Assembly (NCBI GenBank): GCA_012727735.1
Contig: JAAYGM010000042.1
Span: 1-57,562, forward strand
Direction: 5' to 3'
DNA from: Bacteroidales bacterium
Lineage (GTDB): Bacteria; Bacteroidota; Bacteroidia; Bacteroidales; Dysgonomonadaceae
Length of the DNA: 57,562 nt
This document shows positions 43,641 to 53,006 of the stretch, piece after piece; position 1 is the stretch's first letter; every line of letters starts with the position of its first letter. The position numbers and the translations under genes are program-made. Below the pieces are notes generated by a model. That model was not told the origin of the DNA. It saw only the letters and a list, made by a program, of their open reading frames with translations, and made no database searches.

Positions 43641-44909
43641 TTATTGTCCCCACCCCGCTTTCATATACTTACTCGAAGTGAACCGCTTGTTTGTTAATTT
43701 CTTTTTTCTCAAAACAAACAGGTTTGATGCCGATCTGAGCCACAGACTCATTGAAAATGGAATCGTTGCTACCGGCAATTGCTGTGGAATGAACCACCAC
43801 AACAAAAGGAAAAGCGTTAAGAGTGCAAAGTTAATAAAATGATAGAAATAAACGACTCTATTTGCCGATTTCACCCAAAATAAAACTGCAGCAATCAGGG
43901 CAAAGAGATTTAACCAGACGAAATTCCAGTTGGGGTTGGTTGCAGGATGTTCGGAGAAATACATCAGAAAGAAAATGATAAAACCAGCTACTCCTGCTGT
44001 TCCAAAAAGGATGGTATCATATCGCTTTGGAATCTTCGATACGTTGAGCTTGATTATTTGAATCAGACTGACCATAATTGAGACAACCAGAAGTACGAAT
44101 GCTGTCAATAATGGTGTAAATGTCCCTTGTTCGCGCATGCTGTTCTTCTCATTATCATGACTTAAGATAACAGACCTGTTTTTTACAAGAGAATAGCTTA
44201 AAGTGTCGCTTTTTTGTATTGTGGCACCATCAAACGAATCCATCAGGTAGGAAGGGAGAAACATCTTTTCTCTCAGATCAATGGTTCTGTCTGCTTCCGT
44301 ACCAATCAACAAATCTATTCCGAAAATGACCCATGAATAACCATCCAGACGTTCATGCAACAAATCGCGATAGGTCTGATTCTGTGGTGTGGGCAGATAA
44401 GCTATGACACCATTCGTGTATTTCTCAATCATATCACGGGGTCGTGTGGAACAGTTATCATAGAAATAGTTGTATCTATAACCCCTGTCCTCCGGCAGGG
44501 CGTTCACGAAGAGTGCGTCATACAACTGTTGTTTTTCAACCGTTGAGAGTGCAATCTCCTGCTCTATCACCTGCTGTCCCTTATAATCATATTCAAATAG
44601 AAAATCCTTAAAAGAGGTCTCTCCCAGTATATAATCTGTTTTTCCCCTGACAAAATTATAATAGAAATGGGGCTGGGAAGGGTCAAAGAACCCATAGTTG
44701 AATACGGCATCTACCTTTGTTGAATCGTCTCTCACACGAATGGCAGTGTGCCCAAACAGGGCATATACAGCACCGTTCCAGGGAGATGCTGTCAGCAGGC
44801 TTATTGAGGCGCTGTCACTTAGCTGAACCTGAGCAGTTGCTGGAAGAAAAAACAGAAGTATGAGTGAAGCAAATATTGCACTATATAGTCGTTTCATACG
44901 ATAATCCAT
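43641..44909 (-). CDS. DUF4105 family membrane protein, Lnb-like lipoprotein N-acyltransferase
   Basis: Signal peptide (start may be 44897); ISLLTASP...YALFGHTAIR (His), FNYG.F, YRYNYFYDNC (Cys); about 5 C-terminal TM helices. Confidence 0.8.
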   Translation of the reverse strand: MDYRMKRLYSAIFASLILLFFLPATAQVQLSDSASISLLTASPWNGAVYALFGHTAIRVRDDSTKVDAVFNYGFFDPSQPHFYYNFVRGKTDYILGETSFKDFLFEYDYKGQQVIEQEIALSTVEKQQLYDALFVNALPEDRGYRYNYFYDNCSTRPRDMIEKYTNGVIAYLPTPQNQTYRDLLHERLDGYSWVIFGIDLLIGTEADRTIDLREKMFLPSYLMDSFDGATIQKSDTLSYSLVKNRSVILSHDNEKNSMREQGTFTPLLTAFVLLVVSIMVSLIQIIKLNVSKIPKRYDTILFGTAGVAGFIIFFLMYFSEHPATNPNWNFVWLNLFALIAAVLFWVKSANRVVYFYHFINFALLTLFLLLWWFIPQQLPVATIPFSMSLWLRSASNLFVLRKKKLTNKRFTSSKYMKAGWGQ

Positions 44910-45182
44910 TTATGTTCATGCGGTGAATGGGACTGATCTCTATTCGGTTGACGAACATCGTTTGTTTATGTTATCGGTCTGATTGTGTCTGATGTGCACA
45001 TCCGCTCAATCAGTCCACATCTTTGGATGAACAATAACTGTGACAAAAATAGACAAAATTGTGCAATTACAAACGTTATTGACATCATAAGCTTACAAAA
45101 ATAATTTTCACCTTATCAGATCGGATTCTTGTTTGATTTCGTTATATTTGCAAATCAGGTAACGATTAAAAAACTGTATATC

Positions 45183-45785
45183 ATGAACAAATTGTTTCTT
45201 CTATTATTCATCTCTCTGATGGTGCATCCGCTAGCATCCCAGGAGATAAAACTACCTGTGGCCGACAGGGAAGGAGGCAAGCCTTTGATGGAGGTACTGA
45301 GTAACCGCAAATCAGACAGAAACTTTCAGGAGAAAGAGCTGACGTTGCAGCAATTATCCAACCTTTTGTGGGCTGCCAACGGTTTCAACAGAGACGACAA
45401 GCGGACAGCACCCACGGCCAACAACCGTCAGGAACTGGAGTTGTATGTCACACTGAAAAGCGGGATCTATTTTTATGATGCAAGCAATCATCTGCTCAGG
45501 ATGATAAAGGAGGGTGATCACCGCAAGAGCACGGGCATGCAGGATTTTGCGGCGTTTGTTCCTCTGAATGTGATCTTCGTATCCGATTTAGAGAAAGCCT
45601 CCTCTGAACATTACGCTTATACAGGCTGCGGATATGTATCACAAAACATCTATCTTTATTGTGCATCAGAAGGGTTGGGGACAGTTGTCAGAGGCTCGTT
45701 CAACAAAGAGGAACTAGCCAAGTTGCTTAACCTCCCCCCCCACCAGCAGGTGTTGCTCACACAGAGTGTAGGTTATATAAAATAG
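45183..45785 (+). CDS. Nitroreductase family protein (SagB/ThcOx-like) with signal peptide
   Basis: RKSDRNF, LSNLLWAANG, RTAPTANN, GYVSQNIYLYCASEGLGTV, QSVGY. Confidence 0.88.
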   Translation: MNKLFLLLFISLMVHPLASQEIKLPVADREGGKPLMEVLSNRKSDRNFQEKELTLQQLSNLLWAANGFNRDDKRTAPTANNRQELELYVTLKSGIYFYDASNHLLRMIKEGDHRKSTGMQDFAAFVPLNVIFVSDLEKASSEHYAYTGCGYVSQNIYLYCASEGLGTVVRGSFNKEELAKLLNLPPHQQVLLTQSVGYIK

Positions 45786-45789
45786 GGAT

Positions 45790-45833
45790 ACAACAAAAAC
45801 GGCGATCTGATGAGACCGCCGTTTTTTTGTTGT
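45790..45833. terminator. Bidirectional intrinsic terminator
   Basis: ACAACAAAAACGGCG...CGCCGTTTTTTTGTTGT between convergent genes. Confidence 0.85.
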
Positions 45834-45851
45834 CAATTTCCCCGGAGGGTC

Positions 45852-46109
45852 TTATTTTTTCTTGTTACGCTCTCCGTAACGGCTCATAAACTTATCCACA
45901 CGTCCAGCAGTATCCACCAGTTTTTGTTTTCCGGTGTAGAAGGGATGTGATGCGCTGGTGATTTCAAGCTTCACCAACGGGTAAGTAATACCATCTATTT
46001 CAATAGTTTCCTTGGCATTGACGGTTGAACGTGAAATAAAGATCTCTTCGTTCGACATATCTTTGAAAACTACCGGGCGGTAATTGTTGGGATGAATTTC
46101 TTTTTTCAT
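45852..46109 (-). CDS. rpmE2: 50S ribosomal protein L31 type B
   Basis: [17 protein letters not shown]...[23 protein letters not shown]; no Cys residues. Confidence 0.95.
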   Translation of the reverse strand: MKKEIHPNNYRPVVFKDMSNEEIFISRSTVNAKETIEIDGITYPLVKLEITSASHPFYTGKQKLVDTAGRVDKFMSRYGERNKKK

Positions 46110-46291
46110 ATTATTATTATTTATTTCTTCCTGTTGTATGAAACTTGCCGGGATCATTTTTAGTGAAGGAACGATTATCCTGTTCGTTTTACTCTATAAA
46201 AATGTTTCTTTACCACAATTTTCGGAGGGCAAAGATAGCACAATCATTCAAAATAAAAAAATATATCTCATTCTTTTTTCTATATTGATGA

Positions 46292-48511
46292 TTACTCAAT
46301 CTCCTTCTCTCCGTTGGAGTGGACAAATAGAATGTTGCCGATATCGTCATACCCCTCAAAAAGCTCCGCGTTGCCGTTTTTAAAGCTTTTATCATTGAAC
46401 CCGATCATGGTGAGTCCTGCATCCAGCGAATGGCCGCTGATGATTTCCTTGATTGTCTTTTTTTCATCACGGATGATGACCTCCACGTTATTGGGTGTTA
46501 TGGGCAGCCGTCCTGTCTCTACCAGGTCGTTCATGCGTTTCCGTACAGATGCTGCCTCCTGCTCCCCGCATATGTTGAAAAGTTTTATATTGGCATTTTT
46601 CCATTCCGGATGCCCCAGGATGATGAACCCGAGCAAAATCATTAAGTTGGCGTTTTCCGTGTCAAAACTTCTTACCCATATATGTATGCCGTGCGTATAC
46701 CTTATCGGTTTTCTGCTCGATGCCAGTATGCAGACATCAAAACCACCGGCATCCACCATCTTGAAATTGTTGATGATATCATGCAGGTCATGCTGCTCAT
46801 TTTTATCAAATTCAAATATCACCATGTTGTTCTCCATACCCGCGATGCCGGGAATCTGAATAGATTGAGCGATGGCCGAGGTGGTGGAGGGCGAGATGAT
46901 TGTATCGATGTAGACGTGGCTTGACGTGTCGAGGTTCGATACCAGCCGTTTCAGCTCCTGATCAGCCTGAATACATGTCTCTTTCGAGAAATAACCATCG
47001 ATCAGATGCAGGTAGGTCCCAAAACCATATTTATAGGAGATCCAGTCCAGCAGCTTCAGTGCGTTATTCCTTTCAAAGGTGTATCTTGAAATACAGATGG
47101 CGCTCGGTCTCCACTCCTGTTTTACCACCACACCGGTTCTTTTCTTTTGCAGGTAGATCTGCAAATCTCTGTTGATCGTTAACAGTGTGTTGGAGAATAG
47201 AGATGCAAACCCTTTTCGTCCGCTGTGATAATGATCCATGTAGAGATAGAGCAGTACCATTGTAACAAACGCTGTCAGCGAGTAAGCCAGGCTGATCTGG
47301 AACATCACCCAGACAGCTGCGAGAAAACCGATTAACGAGATGTACCATTTCGATTTAAACGTTGGCCGGTATGAGGGTGATGATCCGAAATGATTCAGGA
47401 AGGAGATCAGACACAACGTTCCGTATGTTACGAGAAAAAACATGGTGATTATTTGCGCCACCACATCCACTCCGCCGATTGCGACAAATATCAGTGCGAT
47501 CAGACAGGTAATAATGGATGCATTTATCGGCTCGTTATCTTTTGCCCGTGTCCTGCTGAGCCATCTGTTGGCCGAATATATGGGGATGGAATTGTCCAGC
47601 GCGATGGCATGCAGTGTACGTGGGCCCACCATTACTGATCCCAATGCCGACGAGAAAGTCGATGCCGCCAATCCCAGGGGTACGATAACAGAACCAAAAA
47701 GTGCAATATCAGCCATGATGAGTTGATTGTCCGACAACTGGCCGCTGGAGGCAGAGATGGCTAACTTATAAGCGAGAAAGAAGTAGAGCACAAAACTCGT
47801 CAGTGTCCCTGCAATGGTCCCTATCGGGATCGATTTACCAGGGTTTTTCAAGTCACCAGACAAACCAACACCGGCAGTCATCCCTGTAAAGGCCGGGAAT
47901 ATGATTGCAAATACGACAAACAACTGATTGCTGTTCATCCATTTTGCATTGGAAGCAAAATAGGTAGGTGCATTGCCTTCTACCGGTTTGCCGAGAAAAA
48001 AGAGGATGACAGAGAGTATAAGCAACCCCACAACCACATACAACGCTTTCAATCCCATATTGGCTCCCTTGAAAATGACCAGAGCCGATAACATAAGCAT
48101 TACCGGCACACTCACGGCTTGCCGTGGCAGCTCAACACCATGATGGGCAGCCATAAAATCGAAAAAGAAACCGAATGCCTCCGTGAAGGCGATAATATAA
48201 AAAGCAATGCTGATGGTTTGAGACAGGTAGAGCATGATGCCGAGTGTCCCGCCAATATTGAGGCCAAAGGAACGTGAGATAATAAAATATTCTCCCCCTC
48301 CTTCCACGCGCTTGTTTGTAGCCAGTTCCGAGATAGCCAGTGCCGTGGGGATGGTAACCATGTTACCAATGATGATAAGCACAAAAAGACCCCATAGGCC
48401 GACGGTACCTACCGCGTAACCAAAACGCAGGAAGAGAATCGCTCCGAAGAGCGTTGCAATGGCAGTAAAGTAAACTGCAGGAGTACCGAATTTTTTATGT
48501 TGCTCATTCAT
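46292..48511 (-). CDS. APC superfamily transporter, SLC12/cation-chloride cotransporter-like
   Basis: GAILFLR, SELATN..VEGGGEYFIISRSFG, FAIIFPAFTGMTAG..LSGDLKNPGKSIPIGT, FFLVTYG, cytoplasmic C-terminal domain beginning WRP. Start placed at MNEQH. Confidence 0.87.
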   Translation of the reverse strand: MNEQHKKFGTPAVYFTAIATLFGAILFLRFGYAVGTVGLWGLFVLIIIGNMVTIPTALAISELATNKRVEGGGEYFIISRSFGLNIGGTLGIMLYLSQTISIAFYIIAFTEAFGFFFDFMAAHHGVELPRQAVSVPVMLMLSALVIFKGANMGLKALYVVVGLLILSVILFFLGKPVEGNAPTYFASNAKWMNSNQLFVVFAIIFPAFTGMTAGVGLSGDLKNPGKSIPIGTIAGTLTSFVLYFFLAYKLAISASSGQLSDNQLIMADIALFGSVIVPLGLAASTFSSALGSVMVGPRTLHAIALDNSIPIYSANRWLSRTRAKDNEPINASIITCLIALIFVAIGGVDVVAQIITMFFLVTYGTLCLISFLNHFGSSPSYRPTFKSKWYISLIGFLAAVWVMFQISLAYSLTAFVTMVLLYLYMDHYHSGRKGFASLFSNTLLTINRDLQIYLQKKRTGVVVKQEWRPSAICISRYTFERNNALKLLDWISYKYGFGTYLHLIDGYFSKETCIQADQELKRLVSNLDTSSHVYIDTIISPSTTSAIAQSIQIPGIAGMENNMVIFEFDKNEQHDLHDIINNFKMVDAGGFDVCILASSRKPIRYTHGIHIWVRSFDTENANLMILLGFIILGHPEWKNANIKLFNICGEQEAASVRKRMNDLVETGRLPITPNNVEVIIRDEKKTIKEIISGHSLDAGLTMIGFNDKSFKNGNAELFEGYDDIGNILFVHSNGEKEIE

Positions 48512-48638
48512 CACTCTCCATTTTTTTCGGTTCAAAGATATGTTTTTTTGGAATATTAACCTCACTTCAGGATACAAATAAAGCGGATTCAGGAAGATTA
48601 TCCCTTTATTTGTAATCATTTTCTAAACAGGTAGCTGC

Positions 48639-49871
48639 ATGAGGACAGAGATAATTACAATAGGTGACGAGCTGCTTATCGGGCAGATCGTGGACAGCAA
48701 CGCCGCCTGGATGGCACGTGAGCTGACGCAACACGGTTTCGAAATAACAGCCATTACAACCGTGGGTGATCAGTCGGAAGAGATCATCAGAGCATTGGAT
48801 AACGCCTTTGGGCGGGCTGACATTTTGCTGCTCACAGGTGGTGTGGGACCAACCAACGATGATATCACCAAACATACACTTTGTCAATATTTCCATACTG
48901 CACTGGCGTTTAATGAGGAGGTGCTGCTGAATATTGAATCGATCTTTTTAAAACGGAACATACAAATGAATCAGCTGACACGTAATCAGGCATATGTACC
49001 TGTGCGCTCGACGGTCATACAGAACAGGTCAGGTACTGCACCCATCCTCTGGTTTGAGAAAGAGAAAAAGGTACTTATCTCCATGCCCGGAGTGCCTTAT
49101 GAAATGAAAACAGCCATGACCGGCGATATTATTCCCCGTTTGCTGGAAAAATTCATGGTGAAAAAATATATATGCCGCTTCTACCTGGTAACCGGAATCA
49201 CTGAGTCGGGTCTAGCCACGCTATTGGCTGAATATGAGCATCAGCTTCCAGCAGGTTTTTCGCTGGCTTACCTTCCCTCTTTCGGGTATATCAGATTGCG
49301 TTTATCGGTGTGGGGTGAAGAGAACAGCTTGGAGATGAAGCAACAGAGTCGGAAATTGAAACAGATGCTCGGGGGATATTTTGTTGCCAAAAGTGAAAAA
49401 GCACCAGAAGAGTTGCTGGGTGAGATTCTGCGAAGGAAAAAGTGCACTCTCTCCACTGCCGAGAGCTGCACAGGAGGATATATAGCGCACATGATAACGG
49501 TTGTGCCCGGCGCATCTGATTATTTCGAAGGGAGCATTATCACCTATAACAACCGGATGAAGGAAGAACTGCTGAAGGTAGATAGTGAGACAATCAGGAG
49601 CTTTGGCGCAGTGAGCAATGAGGTGGTGAGCCGGATGGCTCTCCAGATCGCCGGCAAGATGAAAACAGACTGCAGTATTGCCGTTTCAGGCATCATGGGC
49701 CCGGATGGCGGAACAAAGGACAAACCGGTAGGTACAGTATGGATCAGCACCTTTTATAAGGGTGAGCTGATTGTTCAGAAGTATCAGGTAGGCCACAGCC
49801 GTACAGAAAATATTGAACGTACGGCCAACCTGGCGATGCTTCAGATGTTAAAGATGTTATTGAGAAAATAA
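48639..49871 (+). CDS. cinA: CinA family protein (molybdopterin-binding-like domain plus NMN deamidase PncC domain)
   Basis: IGDELLIGQIVDSN, TGGVGPTNDDIT, MPGVP, STAESCTGG, GAVS, SGIMGP.GG...KPVG. Confidence 0.92.
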   Translation: MRTEIITIGDELLIGQIVDSNAAWMARELTQHGFEITAITTVGDQSEEIIRALDNAFGRADILLLTGGVGPTNDDITKHTLCQYFHTALAFNEEVLLNIESIFLKRNIQMNQLTRNQAYVPVRSTVIQNRSGTAPILWFEKEKKVLISMPGVPYEMKTAMTGDIIPRLLEKFMVKKYICRFYLVTGITESGLATLLAEYEHQLPAGFSLAYLPSFGYIRLRLSVWGEENSLEMKQQSRKLKQMLGGYFVAKSEKAPEELLGEILRRKKCTLSTAESCTGGYIAHMITVVPGASDYFEGSIITYNNRMKEELLKVDSETIRSFGAVSNEVVSRMALQIAGKMKTDCSIAVSGIMGPDGGTKDKPVGTVWISTFYKGELIVQKYQVGHSRTENIERTANLAMLQMLKMLLRK

Positions 49872-49919
49872 TTTATTAAACTTTCGCAAGTCATTCGTAT
49901 ACAACGAATATTGAATGAT

Positions 49920-51191
49920 TTAATCGATTATTTCAAAGCCGCAATAAGGCACCAACGGTGCAGGTATATGAATACCCTCAGGTGTCTGGTTGTTCTCAAG
50001 TATCGCTGCCATGATACGTGGCAAGGCAAGTGCACTACCATTAAGTGTATGACAGAGTTGCGTTTTTCGGTCCGCATCACGGTAACGGCATTTCAGACGG
50101 TTTGCCTGATAACTTTCAAAATTAGAGACAGAACTCACCTCTAGCCATCGCTGCTGAGCAGCGGAATAGACCTCAAAATCGAATGTCAGTGCCGAAGTAA
50201 AGCTCAGATCACCGCCACAGAGACGAAGAATACGCCATGGAAGCGCCAGCTTTTCAACCAATGTCTGTACGTAACGAACCATCTCGTCTAGTCGTGCATA
50301 GGAATCTTCCGGCTTCTCAATACAGACGATCTCTACCTTGTCGAACTGATGCAGACGGTTCAGTCCGCGCACATCCTTGCCGTAAGAACCTGCCTCACGG
50401 CGGAAGCACGCGGAATAGGCCGTATTCTTTACCGGCAGTTCTTTCCAGTCCAGAATCACATCACGGTACATGTTGGTCACCGGCACTTCAGCGGTGGGAA
50501 TCAGATAGAGATCATCCACACCTACATGATACATCTGCCCCTCTTTATCGGGCAGTTGCCCCGTGCCGAAACCCGAATCACTGTTCACCATATAGGGTGG
50601 TTGCACCTCAAGAAATCCAGCATCACGTGCACAATCAAGAAAGAAATTGATCAGTGAGCGCTGTAAACGTGCCCCCTTACCTTTATATACCGGGAAACCG
50701 GCTCCTGTAATTTTCACGCCCAGCTCGAAGTCTATCAGATCATACTTCTTTGCCAGCTCCCAGTGCGGAAGCGCATCCTTCTCCAGCCGGGGCATTTCGC
50801 CACCACTGCGATCAATCAGGTTGTCCTCAGCCCCTTTTCCTTCAGGCACCGACTCATGCGGCAGGTTGGGGATATTCACCAACAGCGACTGTATCTTTTC
50901 CGCAGCTTCTTTTAACGTCACATCCAGCTGACGGGAAGATTCCTTCAGCACTCCCACTCTCTCACGGGCAGCGGCAGCCTCCTCCTTCTTCCCCTTTTTC
51001 ATGAGAACTCCGATCGATTTAGAGAGGGTGTTGATTTCACCCAAGAGTACATCAAGTGTTGTTTGCGTACTTCGGCGCAGGCTATCTGTTTCAATGATCT
51101 GACCAATCATCTCTTTTGCATCGAAATGCTTTTTCATCAGGCGGCGTATCACCCCTTCAGGATCCTGGTTGATTACTTTGAGTGTGAGCAT
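49920..51191 (-). CDS. serS: Serine--tRNA ligase
   Basis: YLIPTAEVP, CFRREAGSYGKDVRGLNRLHQFDKVE, EVSSVSN, HTLNGSALA. Confidence 0.97.
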   Translation of the reverse strand: MLTLKVINQDPEGVIRRLMKKHFDAKEMIGQIIETDSLRRSTQTTLDVLLGEINTLSKSIGVLMKKGKKEEAAAARERVGVLKESSRQLDVTLKEAAEKIQSLLVNIPNLPHESVPEGKGAEDNLIDRSGGEMPRLEKDALPHWELAKKYDLIDFELGVKITGAGFPVYKGKGARLQRSLINFFLDCARDAGFLEVQPPYMVNSDSGFGTGQLPDKEGQMYHVGVDDLYLIPTAEVPVTNMYRDVILDWKELPVKNTAYSACFRREAGSYGKDVRGLNRLHQFDKVEIVCIEKPEDSYARLDEMVRYVQTLVEKLALPWRILRLCGGDLSFTSALTFDFEVYSAAQQRWLEVSSVSNFESYQANRLKCRYRDADRKTQLCHTLNGSALALPRIMAAILENNQTPEGIHIPAPLVPYCGFEIID

Positions 51192-51574
51192 AAAAATAAA
51201 CGTTCAGCTGTTTTCAGTGCGCAAAGGTATAAAAAATAGCGTCACGAAAACAGCCGGTAACGAAATATGTTTTATTGGTTTTCGGGGAAATCAGAAATGT
51301 TATAAATGTCAGAACAGTTGAAAGTGAAGGGTTTCACGTAATTCCCTCTCTTTTTGTTTTTTCTGACGATAATAACGGGAAACGTAATATGCGAAACCGG
51401 CAAAAGCCCCTAACACCATAATGTCTTTGATTGTACTATTTTTCATACGTAAATATATTAAACTGTAATATGTTTGTTTCTAATTAATTAAGCATCTAAC
51501 TATTTTTATTTTACTTTATTTCGACAAAAAGAAAGACAGCACTTATTTTTTGAATAAATGCACCGGTTATCGGA

Positions 51575-51720
51575 AAAACAAACAGGTAAGAAGAGTTTAA
51601 AATTTCATACGCGTGCTCTTGGCAACAGTCTGGGGTGCTTACCTGTTGATGTCAGTTTCATAATCGACTTAGGCACTTTATTGCACCGTGTGTCAGTAAA
51701 AAACGACCTTTGGTTTTTGT
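51575..51720 (-). ncRNA. Candidate IS110 bridge/seek RNA in the 3' non-coding end
   Basis: Perfect 10-bp stem (51581-51590 with 51638-51647) enclosing an internal loop and a small hairpin; a second weaker stem-loop at about 51650-51710. Function is inferred from IS110 biology. Confidence 0.45.
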
Positions 51721-51747
51721 CTCCCGCTATGTCATATCAGATCCTTT

Positions 51748-53006
51748 TCAGGCTCCGGTGGGTTGAACAGGATTAGTGGGCAGAAGTTGAACTCTGTATC
51801 CCATCTTTTCCAGTTCAGTCTTTAAATAACGTTGCCGTCTCTTTTCCATCCGGTCGTTTAAATAATCGGCTCCCAGTTCATTGTAAGGGAGATCGTCTTT
51901 TAAGACATGATACACCGATTTAAGAATGGAATGTGCGACAGCGATTACCGCTTTTTTCTTACCACGGCGGGCAGCTAGTCGGTGATAACGGGCATGATAG
52001 AACGTGCTTTTTGTACGTGATGCAGCCCAGGCGGATTGTGTCAGGATTGTTTTGGCTTGTTTGTTTCCGTGGGCAGTGCGACCACTTTTTTTTTACCGGC
52101 ACTCTCATTGTTTCCCGGTGAGACATCCACCCAACTACAGAGGTGTTTCTCGCTGGGGAAAACATTCATATCCAGCCCGATCTCGGCGATAAGATCCTCA
52201 ACACTCTTGCGATTTAATCCCGGAATCTCACGAAGGCGTTCCAATGCGTTGTCGTAGGGCGCAAGTACATCTTTGATCTTGTCATCGAGATCTTGTATCA
52301 ATGACTCAATATGACGGTTGTTTTCACGGATGGTGCCCAGCAGATAGATGTGGTGATCGGTAATAGAACCGTTACAGGCTTCGAAGATCTCTTCTTTACT
52401 TGCTTCTATCTTTTTGGTATACACCTCATCGATATCGGCCATGGTGACTGTTTTTTCATCACAAAGCTTGTCTATTAGTCTCGTGGCCGTAACACCCCCC
52501 GTATCACTCAGTACACTGGACAGTTTCACATTGCAGTCTTCCAAAATACGGATAATCCGGTTTTTGTTCGATGCCACATCCTGTATCAACTTCTGACGAT
52601 AACGCGTCAGGTCCCGCACCTCACGTTGTTCCCGGGCAGGGATGTAACTTGGTTTAAGAAGTCCTGCAAGCAGCAGTTTACATAACCACCGGCTGTCCTG
52701 TTTATCTGTTTTATGTTCGGGGACGTTCTTCACGTGACGGGCATTTACAATCCATACTGTGAGTCCTGAGGGTTCCAGTATGTGATAAACAGGCTTCCAG
52801 TAAACACCGGTACTCTCCATGGCAACATGGGTTACACCGTTTTTTAATAACCAGTCTTTCAATTCTGTCAAAGAACGCGTCACGGTCCCGAATTCGCGGG
52901 TCTCCGTCTTAATACCTTCGCCACTGATGGTGGCCACTAACAACTTTTTGTGGACGTCAATACCGCATCCACGAATGACGACTTGTTCGAATGTTACCGT
53001 TTCCAT
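51748..53006 (-). CDS. IS110 family transposase, split by a frameshift at an A9 run (recoded or pseudogene)
   Basis: GIDVHK (D), AMESTGVYW (E), KTDKQD (D,D), IPG, SPGNNESAGKKK. The other frame continues SGRTAHGNKQAKTILTQSAWAASRTKSTFYHARYHRLAARRGKKKAVIAVAHSILKSVYHVLKDDLPYNELGADY... to TGA at 51748. Fused length is 419 aa. Confidence 0.88.

Noticed and set aside
45852-46109. Zinc-free L31 as a sign of a zinc-starvation regulon
   Set aside because: Type B L31 is the usual form in Bacteroidota, and no Zur-like box was recognised.
51192-51560. T-box or other leader RNA upstream of serS
   Set aside because: No T-box consensus, and a TACCTTTG promoter box at 51222-51229 leaves only a very short leader.
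51558-51776. 72-aa plus-strand ORF across the IS110 3' end
   Set aside because: No motif, antisense to the element and overlapping the transposase C-terminus. Better explained as non-coding end sequence.
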